A DNA stretch of 64,000 nt from positions 2,465,979 through 2,529,978 of the forward strand of contig CAVNZM010000007.1 of the NCBI GenBank assembly GCA_963693365.1, in the 5' to 3' direction. Shown here piece after piece: positions 1 through 25,227 of the stretch. The translations under genes and the position numbers were made by a program. Under the pieces are notes generated by a model. It saw only the letters and a program-made list of their open reading frames with translations, had not been told where the DNA came from and made no database searches. Within the stretch, counting starts at the first letter, position 1; every line of letters starts with the position of its first letter. The DNA comes from Amoebidium appalachense (taxonomy: Eukaryota; Protista; Ichthyosporea).

Positions 1-117
<117 letters not shown>

Positions 118-347
118 TTGCGCCACACACATACACACACATACAGTCACATGCTTGCACGCACACAGGCCCCACATGCCCGCAAGCGCGCACACACATA
201 CACACAGATGCACACACATCAAATGCCCCATTCCCCCCCCCCCCCCCTCCCCCCCCTCCCCAGCCCCCCCCCCCCCCTCCCCCCCCCAATCCACACACAC
301 ACACACACACTCACACTCACACACACACACACACACACACACCGCAG

Positions 348-3804
<3,457 letters not shown>

Positions 3805-3861
3805 ATCTAATACTTGTCACCCCCCTCCCCCTCTCTCCCCCCCCCCCCCTCTCTCCCCCCC

Positions 3862-3892
<31 letters not shown>

Positions 3893-4545
3893 CACACACG
3901 GAAACGGACATGGACACAGGCGCACACAATCCACTATACCACCACCACCACCACCACCACCACCCCATACACAAACACACACCTCTAAATTCCGGGTCAC
4001 ACTACTAAGTTTAAAACTTGCCTTTACTTATCAATGAACACAAAGTTTCCGAATTACCTGGAGCAATTAGGTTTCGGGCTGCCCTCCTTTGCTTTTTTGC
4101 ACACAGTTACCCAACGTCACACAAACGTGTATCTGCATCTTGTCTGAAATTAGCGTTTAAAAGTCAAATGCTAAGGTCTATTGGTATAAAGTCATGGTTC
4201 TGTACATCCGGGATATACTGTGATAGTAGTGGAGGCACAAGAGGAAGGGAGAGTTTCTGAAAAAAAGCATTCAGGGTCCGACTTGCGCGTAGGGAGAAGG
4301 GTGGTGGTGGTGGTGGGGTGGGGGGTGGGGGTGGGGGGGAGGGGATGGGGGGGGGGGAGGGGGGGGGGGGGGGGGGGGCTTATCTTTTCTGTTATCATGT
4401 GTGTTGGTATTTTTTTTTTTTTTGGTTTTTGCGGGGTCATCTGTGATTGGTTTCTTTCTTAGCTCGGATCTCTGATATTTGATTTTGGCACTTTGTCTGT
4501 CCTTGTGTCGACTTCTGTAAACCTTAATGTAAACGGCAAGTACCA

Positions 4546-4681
<136 letters not shown>

Positions 4682-4929
4682 AGGCCGTTGGGAACTCTGG
4701 GCTCGGCTGCAGTAATATGAATAGGTAAAACAAATTTTGTAATGTATTTGCCTAAATCTAAGTGTGTGTAGTGTATGTATGTGTGGCTGTGTGCTGGAAA
4801 ACACAAAGCCGTGCACACTCGCATGTAAACGAGGGCCCCTGGGGCAGCTCTCCCGAACTGAGAACAATTTATACCAAGGTCTATCTACACATGCACCCTT
4901 CCTCTCCCCCCCTTACCCCCCCCCCCCCT

Positions 4930-4968
<39 letters not shown>

Positions 4969-5223
4969 ACTGCCCTTGCCTGCATAAGCAACCCTGCTCG
5001 TCTCTGATCAAGACGGGTGACCTACTCATGTTCAAGTGAAACAGTATCTGAGTTGGGTTTCGTTAACGAGGGGAATAGGTCGAAACTCGGGTACTGTGGA
5101 TGACGTGGGCCCCCCCTGAGGATGGGCTCTGCTTATTATGCATACTCTTTATGTATGGCTTGCATTCTGCATCGTGTTATCCGTTTGTTCTTGTGTACTT
5201 CGTACTTTTTGACGCATTCAAAA
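4969..5223 (+). mobile_element. Family A copy, 255 nt, 5'-truncated
   Basis: Near-identical to 10561-10813, with the same 3' end GACGCATTCAAA plus (C)n, and preceded by (C)n. Confidence 0.8.
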
Positions 5224-5939
5224 CCCCCCCCCCCCCCCCCCCCCCCCCCAACCGGTTCCCAACCCAACCAGATGGTTGTAGTCTGTCCAGTCTATATCGC
5301 GTACCCCCGATGACGTCACTGTCAAAGATTGAAGTGGTATGCGTAGTTCTATATCAGGGCCTCTGTGATTGGCTGGGCACTTCGGTTCGAATATCACGTT
5401 TCACTCCTGTGCCGTTTTGTTCGTTTTTTCTTGGCTTGGTCATGTTGGTGCGCAAGTTCAAGGGATAGGGGCGGTATTTTCTCAGTTTCACTGAAAAAAA
5501 AAAAAAAAAAAAAAAAAGTTTCACTGCCGACTAAGTTTATCTTATGCACGTCTTCTGAGGCTATAAGAGAGAAGGCCGTATGATAGGCTATCAAGCACTG
5601 GAAAAATAGAAGCACATCTGACAAAGCCTGAGCGGAAGGAGGATCATATGATAGACAATCATTGAAGGGTCACATGGTCATGTCTTGCCTTGCGAGCCAT
5701 ATTGAAGCCGAACTTCGTAACACAATTGCAACGGCACTGAGCTTGGGAGAATTGGCAACGAAAGCTGATGCCACTTACTTTTTTACAACTTGATACGGAA
5801 GAGACGAGAGGCGTTGGTAACTTTTGCTTTGATACCACAACTTCAGTTGTGATCACCTTATTTTTTTGCTTGCACACGGGCACACCAATTCCTTTTACAC
5901 CCACGTTAGCCTAAAAAGGCCACCAGGCATTCACGAAAC

Positions 5940-14864
<8,925 letters not shown>

Positions 14865-14875
14865 GTGGGGGGGAA

Positions 14876-14909
<34 letters not shown>

Positions 14910-15087
14910 GTTTCTTTTTTCTTTTTGTGGGTGTGGATAGTGTGTATAAGTGTGTGTTGGTGGTGGGTGGGTGGCTATGGCTGGGTGGCTGGGTGGCTAT
15001 GGCTGGGTGGGTGGGTGGGTGGGTGGGTGTTTTGGCCGGAGAGTTATGGGATTTGACTGAGTGAATTGTGGCGTTTACGTGGCGCAA

Positions 15088-15118
<31 letters not shown>

Positions 15119-15353
15119 GGAATGATATGTGTAGTATTAGGAAAGGATACTTGCCGATCGGATACTGTGCATTGCTGTTTTGGAGCGGTGATGACAATCA
15201 CTAGGATATGTATTGGTGTATATTTCACGAAAGATTCCGACCCCATCTACACCTGATTAGGCAAACTTCAGTTATTTCACCTTTCTTTTCTTGCATAAAT
15301 CCCTTCCATACCAGGGCCTGTTCTTTAGGGGGGTTTCTGTGGGGGAGCGGAGA

Positions 15354-15394
<41 letters not shown>

Positions 15395-16069
15395 GGAGGA
15401 GGATTCAGTTATAAATGATTTGCAATTTGTCATGCGAATGAATATCGAATAGGCCGCCTCGGTCGTTACATGGTCGGAGTTACACGTGCAAAGGTCGTCT
15501 GTTTTGTGTTCATATTTTCTGTTATTATTGATTATATTTCAATATATGGTCTTATATTTAGCCCAGCTACAGAACCCCGCTTGTTGATTTATTTTGTGCG
15601 GATATAGAATGACTTACATTTACATCGATGTATATAAATACATATCTTCATGGGATATGTGCAGACGAAGAGTGCTGTGCTATTATAGCGGTATGTTATT
15701 TGAGAGAAAGATTTATATGGTATGAATGGCTACGAGTGTATGTATGGTGAAATGTATGTTGAGTTATGTGTTTCGCTTGACAATGTACATATTCAGTATT
15801 TACGATTTCTTTTTGTTACTTTTTATGTTGAACGGTCTTAAAGAAAAATTATTTCATGCCGGTGGGCAGCCATTTCATCCAAGGATTTCGGAAGTGCACG
15901 TGATAGTATTATTTTTCGCCTGTGCGCAGAAACATGCGCATCTTGCAACACGTGTCTCACTCGCGAGCTCCCTGACACATCCCCCCCCCCCAACCCCCAC
16001 CCCCACCCCACCCCCCCTCCGGGACACACACACACACACAAACCGTGCACGCACACGCACCGTGCATAC

Positions 16070-16110
<41 letters not shown>

Positions 16111-16387
16111 GTGTACGCACACGCGCACACACGCACACACTCTCACTCACACCGTGCACACATACCCACACACACACACCGTGCACACTCACACACGCGC
16201 GCGCACGCACACGCACACCACACACACACACACACGTGTCCACACAGTGCACGCACACTCACCGTACACACACACACACCGTGCACACACACCCACACAC
16301 ACCATCCACCCACCTCCCACCCACCTCCCGGGGGGATCCCACCCCTTCCCGCTTTATATGTCCATTCCACTGACACTGATTCTCCAG

Positions 16388-17132
16388 GCATATCTGGCTA
16401 GACTAAGTATATCTTGCTCGACCAAGTATATCTGGCTGCAGAAGTTAACGTATATCTGTATATCTGGCTAGACCAAGACTTGGTATATCTGGCCAGAAGC
16501 AGTACGTATCATCTTGCTAGACTAGTATATCTGAGTTAGTCTAGAAATTTTGGTATCATTTGCATGACCTGGCATAACTGGCTTTAGCTAGAATACGTTT
16601 AAAGCATATTATCTAAATATATCAAGTGCATTCTCAGGCTAAGCTGGGTGTATCTGGCTAGACTTGGTATATATCTGGCTAGATCAAATGTATCTGGCTA
16701 GACTTGGTATATCTGGCTAGATCAAATATCTCTGGCTAAACTTGGTATATCTGGCTAGATCAAATATATCTGGCTAGACTTGGCATATCTGCCTAGATCA
16801 AATATATCTGGCTAGACTTGGTATATCTGGCTAGATCAAATATATCTAGACTTGTTAAGTATGATCTAGCCAGAGATCACGTGGATCAAATGTATCTGGC
16901 TAGACTTAGTATATCTGGCGAGATCAAATATATCTGGCTAGATCAACTATATCTGGCTAGACTTTTTGTGTATATCTGGCTAGATCAGATATATCTGGCT
17001 AGACTAGTTTGGTATATCTGGCTAGATCAAATATATCTGGCTAGACTTGGTATATCTGGCTAGATCAAACATATCTGGCTAGACTTGGTATATCTGGCTA
17101 GATCAAATATATCTAGCTAGACTTGGTGTATT
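16388..17132. repeat. Minisatellite with a ~38-bp dimeric unit built on TATATCTGGCTAGA
   Basis: Repeated GGTATATCTGGCTAGATCAAATATATCTGGCTAGACTT. Degenerate at the left end, with one inverted patch at about 16862-16876. Confidence 0.9.
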
Positions 17133-17803
17133 TGGATACATGGATCATGAACCTTGGCTACAAGTAAGCACCCGTACTAGTATTAGGCTATGTACAGCTA
17201 GGACGTACATGATAGAAGTTGTCTCACATTGTGTGCAGCACTCACGCGTGTACGTCGGACTGTTGTGTTTCATATGGCACTGAAAGTTTGGTGTGTGTGT
17301 GTGTGTCACGGTGTGTGTGTGTGTGTGCTTGTGTGTGTGTGTGTGTGTGCTAAGCCTTGTCTGTGACAGTGTCTGTACTTGTGCGAGTAAGTATGTTACT
17401 TGACCTGGTGTAAATAATTGAACACCGGTACCCGGGCGTCACGCGTACGGCGGTGAGACGTGGGTGTAGTCAAGTTCAAAGTTTAGGATGATCGATTAGA
17501 CTAAGTATTACGTTGGTGCTATCCGATGGCAGTACTAAATACAGTATTTGTGATGGCAATGATTCGGCAACCGGGCAAGAAGTGAGGGGGAACTCGAGGG
17601 GTAGGGTTGCCTTTGAATGATTTATGATACAATGTCCAGTTTGTATGTGTGGGGTAATCCAAAGAAGCGGATGCCCGGGGGAGGGGGGGGGGGGGGGGGG
17701 GGGCTATCAATGTAAATACATCAAGTTGTGATGGCAGCATCGAAAGCGGGGGAGAAAGGTGGGAGAGGGGGGGGGAGGGGGGGAGGGGAAGGGGGGGAGG
17801 CTT

Positions 17804-17839
<36 letters not shown>

Positions 17840-19373
17840 GGTCACAGTGAAATAGTGTGACAATGTGACAGTCCAGTTTGTGTGTGTGGGATGCTCCAAA
17901 GAAGCGGATGTGGGGGGGGAGAGAGAGAGGGGAGGGGGGGAGGGGGGGGGGGGAAGGGAAAGGGGGGAGGGGGTTCACTGAAAGAAGGAGGGAGATCCGG
18001 GGGGGGGGGAGGGGGGGGGGGGGGGGGGGGGTGATGTATGCTTTAGAGGGTTGGAAACATAGAGGAGACAACAAAGAGCAACAAACGTCACAAAAGTGGG
18101 AAATCAAAAAAAAACAATTTAAGCGTGCAGGCAGAAGGAGGGGGGGGGGGGGGGGGGGGGGGGGGGTCACGGGCCCAAACTAAAGTACAGTGTTAGCGGC
18201 CTTATGGGGAGCATTGAAAGAGAGAGGAGGTGGTGGGGGGCCGCGGCGGAGGGGGGTGGGGGGTTGGGGGTGGGTGGGGTGGGGGGGGGGGTCAAGGGAC
18301 GGCAAAATCTAGTAATTAACGGTTTGTGACTGCACGCCAGTGGGAGCATCGAAAGAGGTGGGGGGGGGTTGGAGGTACGTAGCCGTCAGGGGTCGCAACT
18401 ACAACGAAACTTTGTGTAGGAGAGCATCGATTAAGTCTTAAGTTAGGGCCCCCTCCGGACTCGGGGGGGGGGGGGGGGGGGGGGGACAAGCCTTCAGGTG
18501 TTGCATACCAATTCATGGTGAAACTGTGGCCCGGCCTCAGGCCAGCCGTAACCGAAATTCTGGGCCCAGCCCCTGACCTGAACTCGGTCTTTCACTATAA
18601 ACAATCATACGCAATCGTTGAATTGTTGTACGTTAGCATGACATGGTGATTAAGGCTGCAAAGTTCAATTTCTTCAGGTGACAAGTTACGTCACTGAGAG
18701 TCAAGTCGGCGAAACTTTGAACAAAAAAGAAAATAAGAAAAGGTGAAGCAATCTCTAATTAACTTGAATAATAATCATTGCGCCCTATTTATGGATAACG
18801 GATGAGTTGGCTGTGTGGAACCTGGACAGTATCTTTACTCAAAGCGTCAGCTGATCATGATTCGAACCACGGCGACTGCTCCAGCACTACAAAGCTCTAA
18901 TAATTCAATATATCTTATACATCATATTACGGTCACTATATTCTTAGTTAGTCGCGCCTACCTGCCGCTGCCACTTTAACACAAACCCGATGCGGCCTAA
19001 GTTGTTGTTATAAAAGAGGCCAACATTCCCCTGACCCAACATAAACATGGGAACCTAACTTAGTATTCAGCCTCTGACAGTGGGCCCTTCAGCACCTGAG
19101 AGGGGCCCAGTCGCGGGGTATTTATGACAAGTCTGACAGTCCAAGTTACAATAATAATTTCTTAAGTAGAAGCCCAGACACCAGACTCGGACAAAGGTTA
19201 ATGAACCTTTAGTGCGGCGAATTCAAAAGTTTCTGAGAATTTCTAACGGTAAGTGGCCGGGACAGGTTAAACTTGCAACAGTTACAAACAACCCACGACA
19301 TCACCACACTCAGTGTATTCTGTAGCTGCCCGTAGCATCCAACTTCCATTAGAAAAAATACGAACCAATAAGT

Positions 19374-20168
19374 CTATTTCTGTGCGTGGCCCGAAATACC
19401 CCTCAACCTATCTGCAAGCTTATTCCAAAACTTTCCCTTTCCCTCTGCCCGAACGTCAGGCAGGTCCATCGTGCCACGGTCCCTCACCCCCTCCCCAACA
19501 TCATCTTCATCCAACCCCTCGTCATCCAGCAACGGTTCACGTCCACGCACAAAACCAGCCCTCCCACCCACAGATGATGATGCATCAGAATCTTCGTTAA
19601 GGTACCAACTTACTTTCCGTTGGCCGACTCGACGTGCCTTAACTTTGAAGTTCGCCCACTGTACTCTTCCCTCAGTTGCGGTCACTGAAGCATCCTCCCG
19701 GCCCTTCCAGGACCTGCGCCTTGGTTCATGTTGGAGGTCTCTTGAATCGGAAAGAGCCGGAACTTCATGATTAATAGTGTGCTCCGGACTACCATTATGA
19801 ATACCCGTTTTTTTTGTGTGAAAACGACGCTTGCCTCCGTGAGGTAACCCTCCGTGTTCTAAGCTCTGTCTCTGCTTTAAATCTTTTGTAGAATGGCCAG
19901 CTTGAAGCTCTTCACTGACGGAGCATCTCGCGCTCACACACTGCGCGTATAACTGGTGCATGTGCTGAAGCTTTAAAGAACGCGTATTTTCGTTCCTTCT
20001 ATCCCACTCATGGGACTTGGTCTCTGCCTTTGCCACTACTGAATTAGCACAGAATTCAGAGCAGCGTGTGGAAGGTGACAAATATTCACGCCCCTCTGTT
20101 TTACCAATGGCGTATGCAGAGCACCTAGCCCCTAGGGCACACAATAGTATCAGGCTGTACCGAAACAT
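19374..20168 (-). CDS. Intronless hypothetical secreted protein, 264 aa, with signal peptide and multiple dibasic sites
   Basis: 795-nt ATG-initiated ORF in non-repetitive DNA. The N-terminus MFRYSLILLCALGARCSAYA looks like a signal peptide. No family recognised. Confidence 0.6.
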   Translation of the reverse strand: MFRYSLILLCALGARCSAYAIGKTEGREYLSPSTRCSEFCANSVVAKAETKSHEWDRRNENTRSLKLQHMHQLYAQCVSARCSVSEELQAGHSTKDLKQRQSLEHGGLPHGGKRRFHTKKTGIHNGSPEHTINHEVPALSDSRDLQHEPRRRSWKGREDASVTATEGRVQWANFKVKARRVGQRKVSWYLNEDSDASSSVGGRAGFVRGREPLLDDEGLDEDDVGEGVRDRGTMDLPDVRAEGKGKFWNKLADRLRGISGHAQK

Positions 20169-21376
20169 CGTCCTGATGGGTTAATTCCTCCTGTAAAAAC
20201 GTCAACAATTCAGAGTGCTACAACAGCCGAGACGCTTTTTTCTGCAACCGTTGTCAAAGTTTACAACAGCCGGGGAGAGGGGAGGGGCCCTCATCAAGTG
20301 TCAGTGGGGCCTGTCACCTACTGAGGTGACTCGTATTTTTCCTTACACACACAGCGAACACTGGACTCTCGGGACCGTAGAGCCGCCGCGAGAGAAAGCA
20401 TGCACGCGGTCGCGAGAGTGTAAGGAAAAATAGAGGGTGTGAGGCGAACGGCAAGTTCATAGCAGCCCAGGCACCGTCAATACGTGCCAGCAGTGGGGCC
20501 AAGTTGAGGAATAATTTTGGTTTGTCCAAGAATTCCGTGTTATGATGGTTGGGCTAAACCCACACCCAATACAGGGTTTCAAATGTTTTGGTCCCTCTGG
20601 AATTTTGCAGGCTCAAATGTACACAATTGATGAGTCCGATATATTTTGGGCCATATCATCTACAACTGCATAGAGAAGTCTTACAACATGCAAAAGTGTT
20701 TTTTCCCCCTTAATTATTCACGCATAGCTGTTACGATAGGCGCAAATGCCGCGGTAAATATTCTGAAATACAATGAGTCTTCTATTGATATGTCGCGATA
20801 TGTGTCTTCTATTGATATGTCACGGCGCAGCAAGACCCAAACTCGAACAGCTAATCAGTGTTCAACAGATCCCCCCACGGCCGCCATCCGGACGACGGCG
20901 GACGTGACGAGCCTCATTTGTCGGCCGTAATACGCGTAGTACTGAGTAGCTTGAAGAGCTCAGGCTGTCAGGTCTCACCGGATCATGAGGCTGGGATCGA
21001 TATCGATGGTGACCCGGGGACCCGGGGCCGAGGCTATTTTGGCTGCCACGGCCACGGTCACGTAAGCCTCACTGGACCAAATATGGCTTGCCGTGCCGCA
21101 GTGCGGTTTGCAGCAAAAAGATGATGACCAACTCAGAGGTGATCGCTACAGCTTGGAACCGAGGCTCCATACTACCGTAGTACGCTCGGGCCTCGGGATG
21201 ACCCTTGCGTGGCGTCACCTCAGTGTACACACGTATGTTTTGACCGTGACCGTATGCACACGGTTGGCTCAACCCGACAAAAATTGAAAGGCCTACAAAG
21301 CAGTAGAAGCTATAGCACTGCTCTGCTATACTACAGAGCCGTAAAATATTGTAAATCATATATAGCACCAAGCATC

Positions 21377-22114
21377 ATGCCAGAAACAACGGGCCCACGC
21401 CCGACACACACAGGCACCACGACGTCTACTACTAGTATTTCTGCGACCCCTCACAAGAACTCGAAAGCTGCCATCGAAAGTGTCCGTAAAGGGGTTATAG
21501 GCCGCAAGTCAACAGTGGTGGGGCCGTTTGGTGCCCGGCGGCTCGTCTACTGCGACTACACAGCAAGCGGGCGCCAGCTGGCAGCCATTGAAGAGTTTAT
21601 GGGGGAGGTTGCAGGTCCTTTTTACGCAAACACACACACGGAGCAGAGTCACTGCGGCCAGGCGACAACGGGGTTCGTCGAACAGGCTAGACGGGTCGTG
21701 TCTCAATCGGTTCGGGCCGACCCGGAAACACACGCTGTTGTGTTTTGTGGGTCGGGAACCACTGCTGCAGTTGACAAAATAATTCGGGTGGGTTTCCGCT
21801 TTCCCCAAATTTAATGTTAGGATATTCATGCCGGAAGCCAAAATTTATCTTTACCAATAGAACATTTAAGGTTTGCTATGATAGTCTAGTGCTACTATTT
21901 TCCGACTCGTATGTAGCAATATTTCCTTCTTATGGCATATTCTTAGCATATTCTTGCTGTATTCTCACCATACAGAATATTCCCCACTATTCCTGCTATC
22001 AACGCATCTGTTTTCTATTGTCCTCTGTTATTCTTTGCCCATGCCCATGCACACACCTTGCGTGCACACGCACACACATAGCATATGATATGCACACACC
22101 GTCGTCTTTGCGGC

Positions 22115-22177
<63 letters not shown>

Positions 22178-23335
22178 CACACACATACACACACACACAC
22201 ACACATCGCACATGTGTGCGCACGCACGCACAAAAAAGACGTTGGCCCGCTTGAGCTCCTAAGCAAAAGACATATACATACAGTTCCCAGACTCATGTGC
22301 ATTAATCCAGTGACCTTGCTACTGTAACATTCTTTTTGCACATTCTTCAGGGCGACAAATGACTTTGCACCGAGTCAATACCTAGTACAGATTATTTTCA
22401 CAACTACCGTAACTTTATACTGAAACATCCGCCCTTTTCAGGTGCTCATGCCGCAGATTACCAAATATGTTAAAGACGCCAGCAAGCGGCCAATCGTATT
22501 GGTTGGACCATACGAGCACCATAGCAACGAGGTCATGTGGCGAGAAACGGGCGCCGAGGTAATCGCCGTGCCGGAAAACCCAACCACGGGCAACCTCGAG
22601 CCGGAGGACGTGGAAAGATTTTCCCTCCTCTACTGCGACCGACCAATCAAAATTGCCAGTTTCAGCGCGGGAAGCAACGTGACAGGGATATGCCCCGATA
22701 TGGAAACTCTCACAGCCGTGGTTAAGGCCCACGGGTTTCTTTCGTTTTGGGACTGCGCCGCTGCCGGCCCATATTTAGAAATTTCTATTGGCCAGGCCGA
22801 CGGCCTATTTTTCTCCCCCCACAAATTCATTGGGGGTCCGGGGAGTGCGGGTGTGCTTGTGGCCAGGAGGGATGTGTTCACAAATGAGGTGCCGACGGTG
22901 CCTGGGGGTGGGACGGTTGTTTTTGTCAATCACACGGCACACAGCTACAAGGCACACGTGGAGGAGAGGGAGGAGGGCGGAACCCCTGGAATTCTACAGG
23001 TCGGACCCCCCCCCCCCCCCCCCATTCTCCCCCCCCCCCCCCCCCCCGGCCCCACACACACACCCATCCCCTTCCCTCCCCTCCCCAACCGTTGGTGGCA
23101 CCCTACCCCACCTCTCACCCACCCACCTACACACGCGCATATGTGTAGGCGACAAAAAAAAAAAAAAAAAAAAAGGAAAAAGGAAAAGGAAAAGTAGAAA
23201 GAAAAAGAAACTAGAAAATAAAACATGCACACACCGTGGCAGTGGGACTTTCTCCCTACTGCCTTAAGCTTAGCCTTTCCAAGTGTAATACCGCGAAATA
23301 CATGCTTTGTTACAGGAGTCGTTGTGATAGTATTC

Positions 23336-23379
<44 letters not shown>

Positions 23380-23496
23380 AAGAAGAAGAAGAAGAAGAAG
23401 AAGAAGAAGAAGAAGAAGAAGAAGAAGAAGAAGAACCACCACCGCCCGTGACCAGTTCCTCGTATTTCCCCTCGTATTCCAAATCCCTCCTTCACC

Positions 23497-23559
<63 letters not shown>

Positions 23560-24024
23560 TATTATGCAAATTTAGTAATATGATAAACTATGGGCATTCC
23601 TTATCAGCACAGTTACTGTGCAACGATATGCCCGAGGGACAAAAAATATTAATTTTCAAAGTTTACCACGAGCTATTCCACAAGTTTTGAAGTATGGAGT
23701 TCTAACCGTTTGCACACAGGCAATCCGTACGGGTCTGGTGTTTCAGCTGAAGGAGACGGTGGGTGCAGCAGCCATCCACCAATCAGAAATGGCTCACGTG
23801 ACCCATGCCCTCAGCCGATTGGCCGCCCACCCCCACATCGAGCTGCTGGGCTCCGACCGTGCTGCATACCACAGCACCGTGCGCCTGCCAATCATCTCCT
23901 TCCGCATCCGCATGCCCGGATTGGACGGTAGGCATAGACTAGGACTGCCCCCCCCCCCCCCCCCTTCCCCCCCCCCCCCCCCTCTCCACACATACACATA
24001 CACACACAAACAAACACACAAACA

Positions 24025-24120
<96 letters not shown>

Positions 24121-25227
24121 CACACACAAACACACACGTACACACACTCTTTTGTCCTGATCCCCCCTCTCCCCCTCCCCCCCCCCCCCCCCCCCCCCGC
24201 CCCCCGCCCCCTTCCCTGCCCCGGGCCCGGGGGATTATAAACTCGTGTGGCCCGCTTTAGCACACCAACATGCCAGTGGTCACAAGATATCCGCCACAGT
24301 GAGTGTGTACATCAACCGTTTGTGACACATAACTTCCCCCTCTTCTCCCCCCCCCCCCCCCTCCCCCCCACCCCTCCCCCCCCCCCCCCCCCCCCAGGGC
24401 TGTACCTTCACCACGGGCTTGTTGTTGCGCTTATCAATGACCTATACGGTATCCAGGCCCGAGCCGGCTGCTTCTGCGCCGGCCCATACATGCACCGCCT
24501 ATTAAGCTACCCAGACACCCACACGAAAATTCTCACAGACCCCCCCCCTGCTAAAGGCAGGCGCCACCCGCATATCCCTTAACTACTTCATGACAGAGGC
24601 CGATGCTCAGTTTATTGTCTCGGCCGTGCTCCAGGTGGCAACGAGTGGATGGAAACTTTTACCCCTTTACGCGCCTGAAATTTCCACAGGGCTCTATAGA
24701 TACCGCGGCCCTACAAACAAAAGCGAAAACCCACCCGAACTTCCAAGATTGGACGAATTGACACTGGATAAAAGGATTCGAGGCCGGAAACTGGGTAAAA
24801 ACTCTGCTGAGGGGGGTCTAAAGCGGAGAAAATGCCTTCAGGCTGCAGAGAGAATATTGAATAATGCACCAGAGATGGTGGGGACGGCGGTGCGAAACGG
24901 AAGAGTGGTAGATTACATGGAGGGGGGTATCCGGCAAATGAGAATAACCATATCAGGGAATACCGGTGGTTTGTGATTGGATCCGAAGCTGCAAAACTGA
25001 TGATGAACCCCCCTGCACCGACGCAAAATTCCGGTGTGGTGTCGTCAGTGATGAAGAAAATTTCGATGTTTAGGACCCCACAGGTGGCGGCAAAAAATAG
25101 CGCCCGGGGGAATATTAGCACGTCGAAAGTGGTGGCGGAAAATTCAAAGGAAAAGGGGGGGAAGGAAGAGTGGGGGACGCGAGACGTTCCACTCCCGATT
25201 TCTCAAGTGATTGCCATCGGGAATTAA
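21377..25227 (+). CDS. Aminotransferase class V / cysteine desulfurase-like PLP enzyme, 4 exons, with two apparent homopolymer frameshifts in exon 4
   Basis: Exons 21377-21787, 22442-22999, 23720-23927 and 24398-25227. Motifs: GPFG..RLVYCDYTASGR, YANTHTE, GSGTTAAV, GPYEHHSN, SAGSNVTG, SPHKFIGGPG (PLP lysine), EEGGTP, GIQARAGCFCAGPY. The frame changes in C9 at 24540-24548 and in G6 at 24922-24927. Confidence 0.88.

Noticed and set aside
5004-5130. Canonical hammerhead or SECIS in family A (CTGATCA, CTGAGGA, ATGA hairpin)
   Set aside because: Core motifs are not in a valid order with pairing stems, and the SECIS 3' GA is missing in the young copies.
5100-5223. Recurrent ORF MTWAPPEDGLCLLC... 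(four times)
   Set aside because: It is the non-coding 3' end of repeat family A and has a different stop context in each copy.
16388-17132. CRISPR-like periodicity
   Set aside because: No unique spacers, no cas genes and a eukaryotic context; it is a minisatellite.
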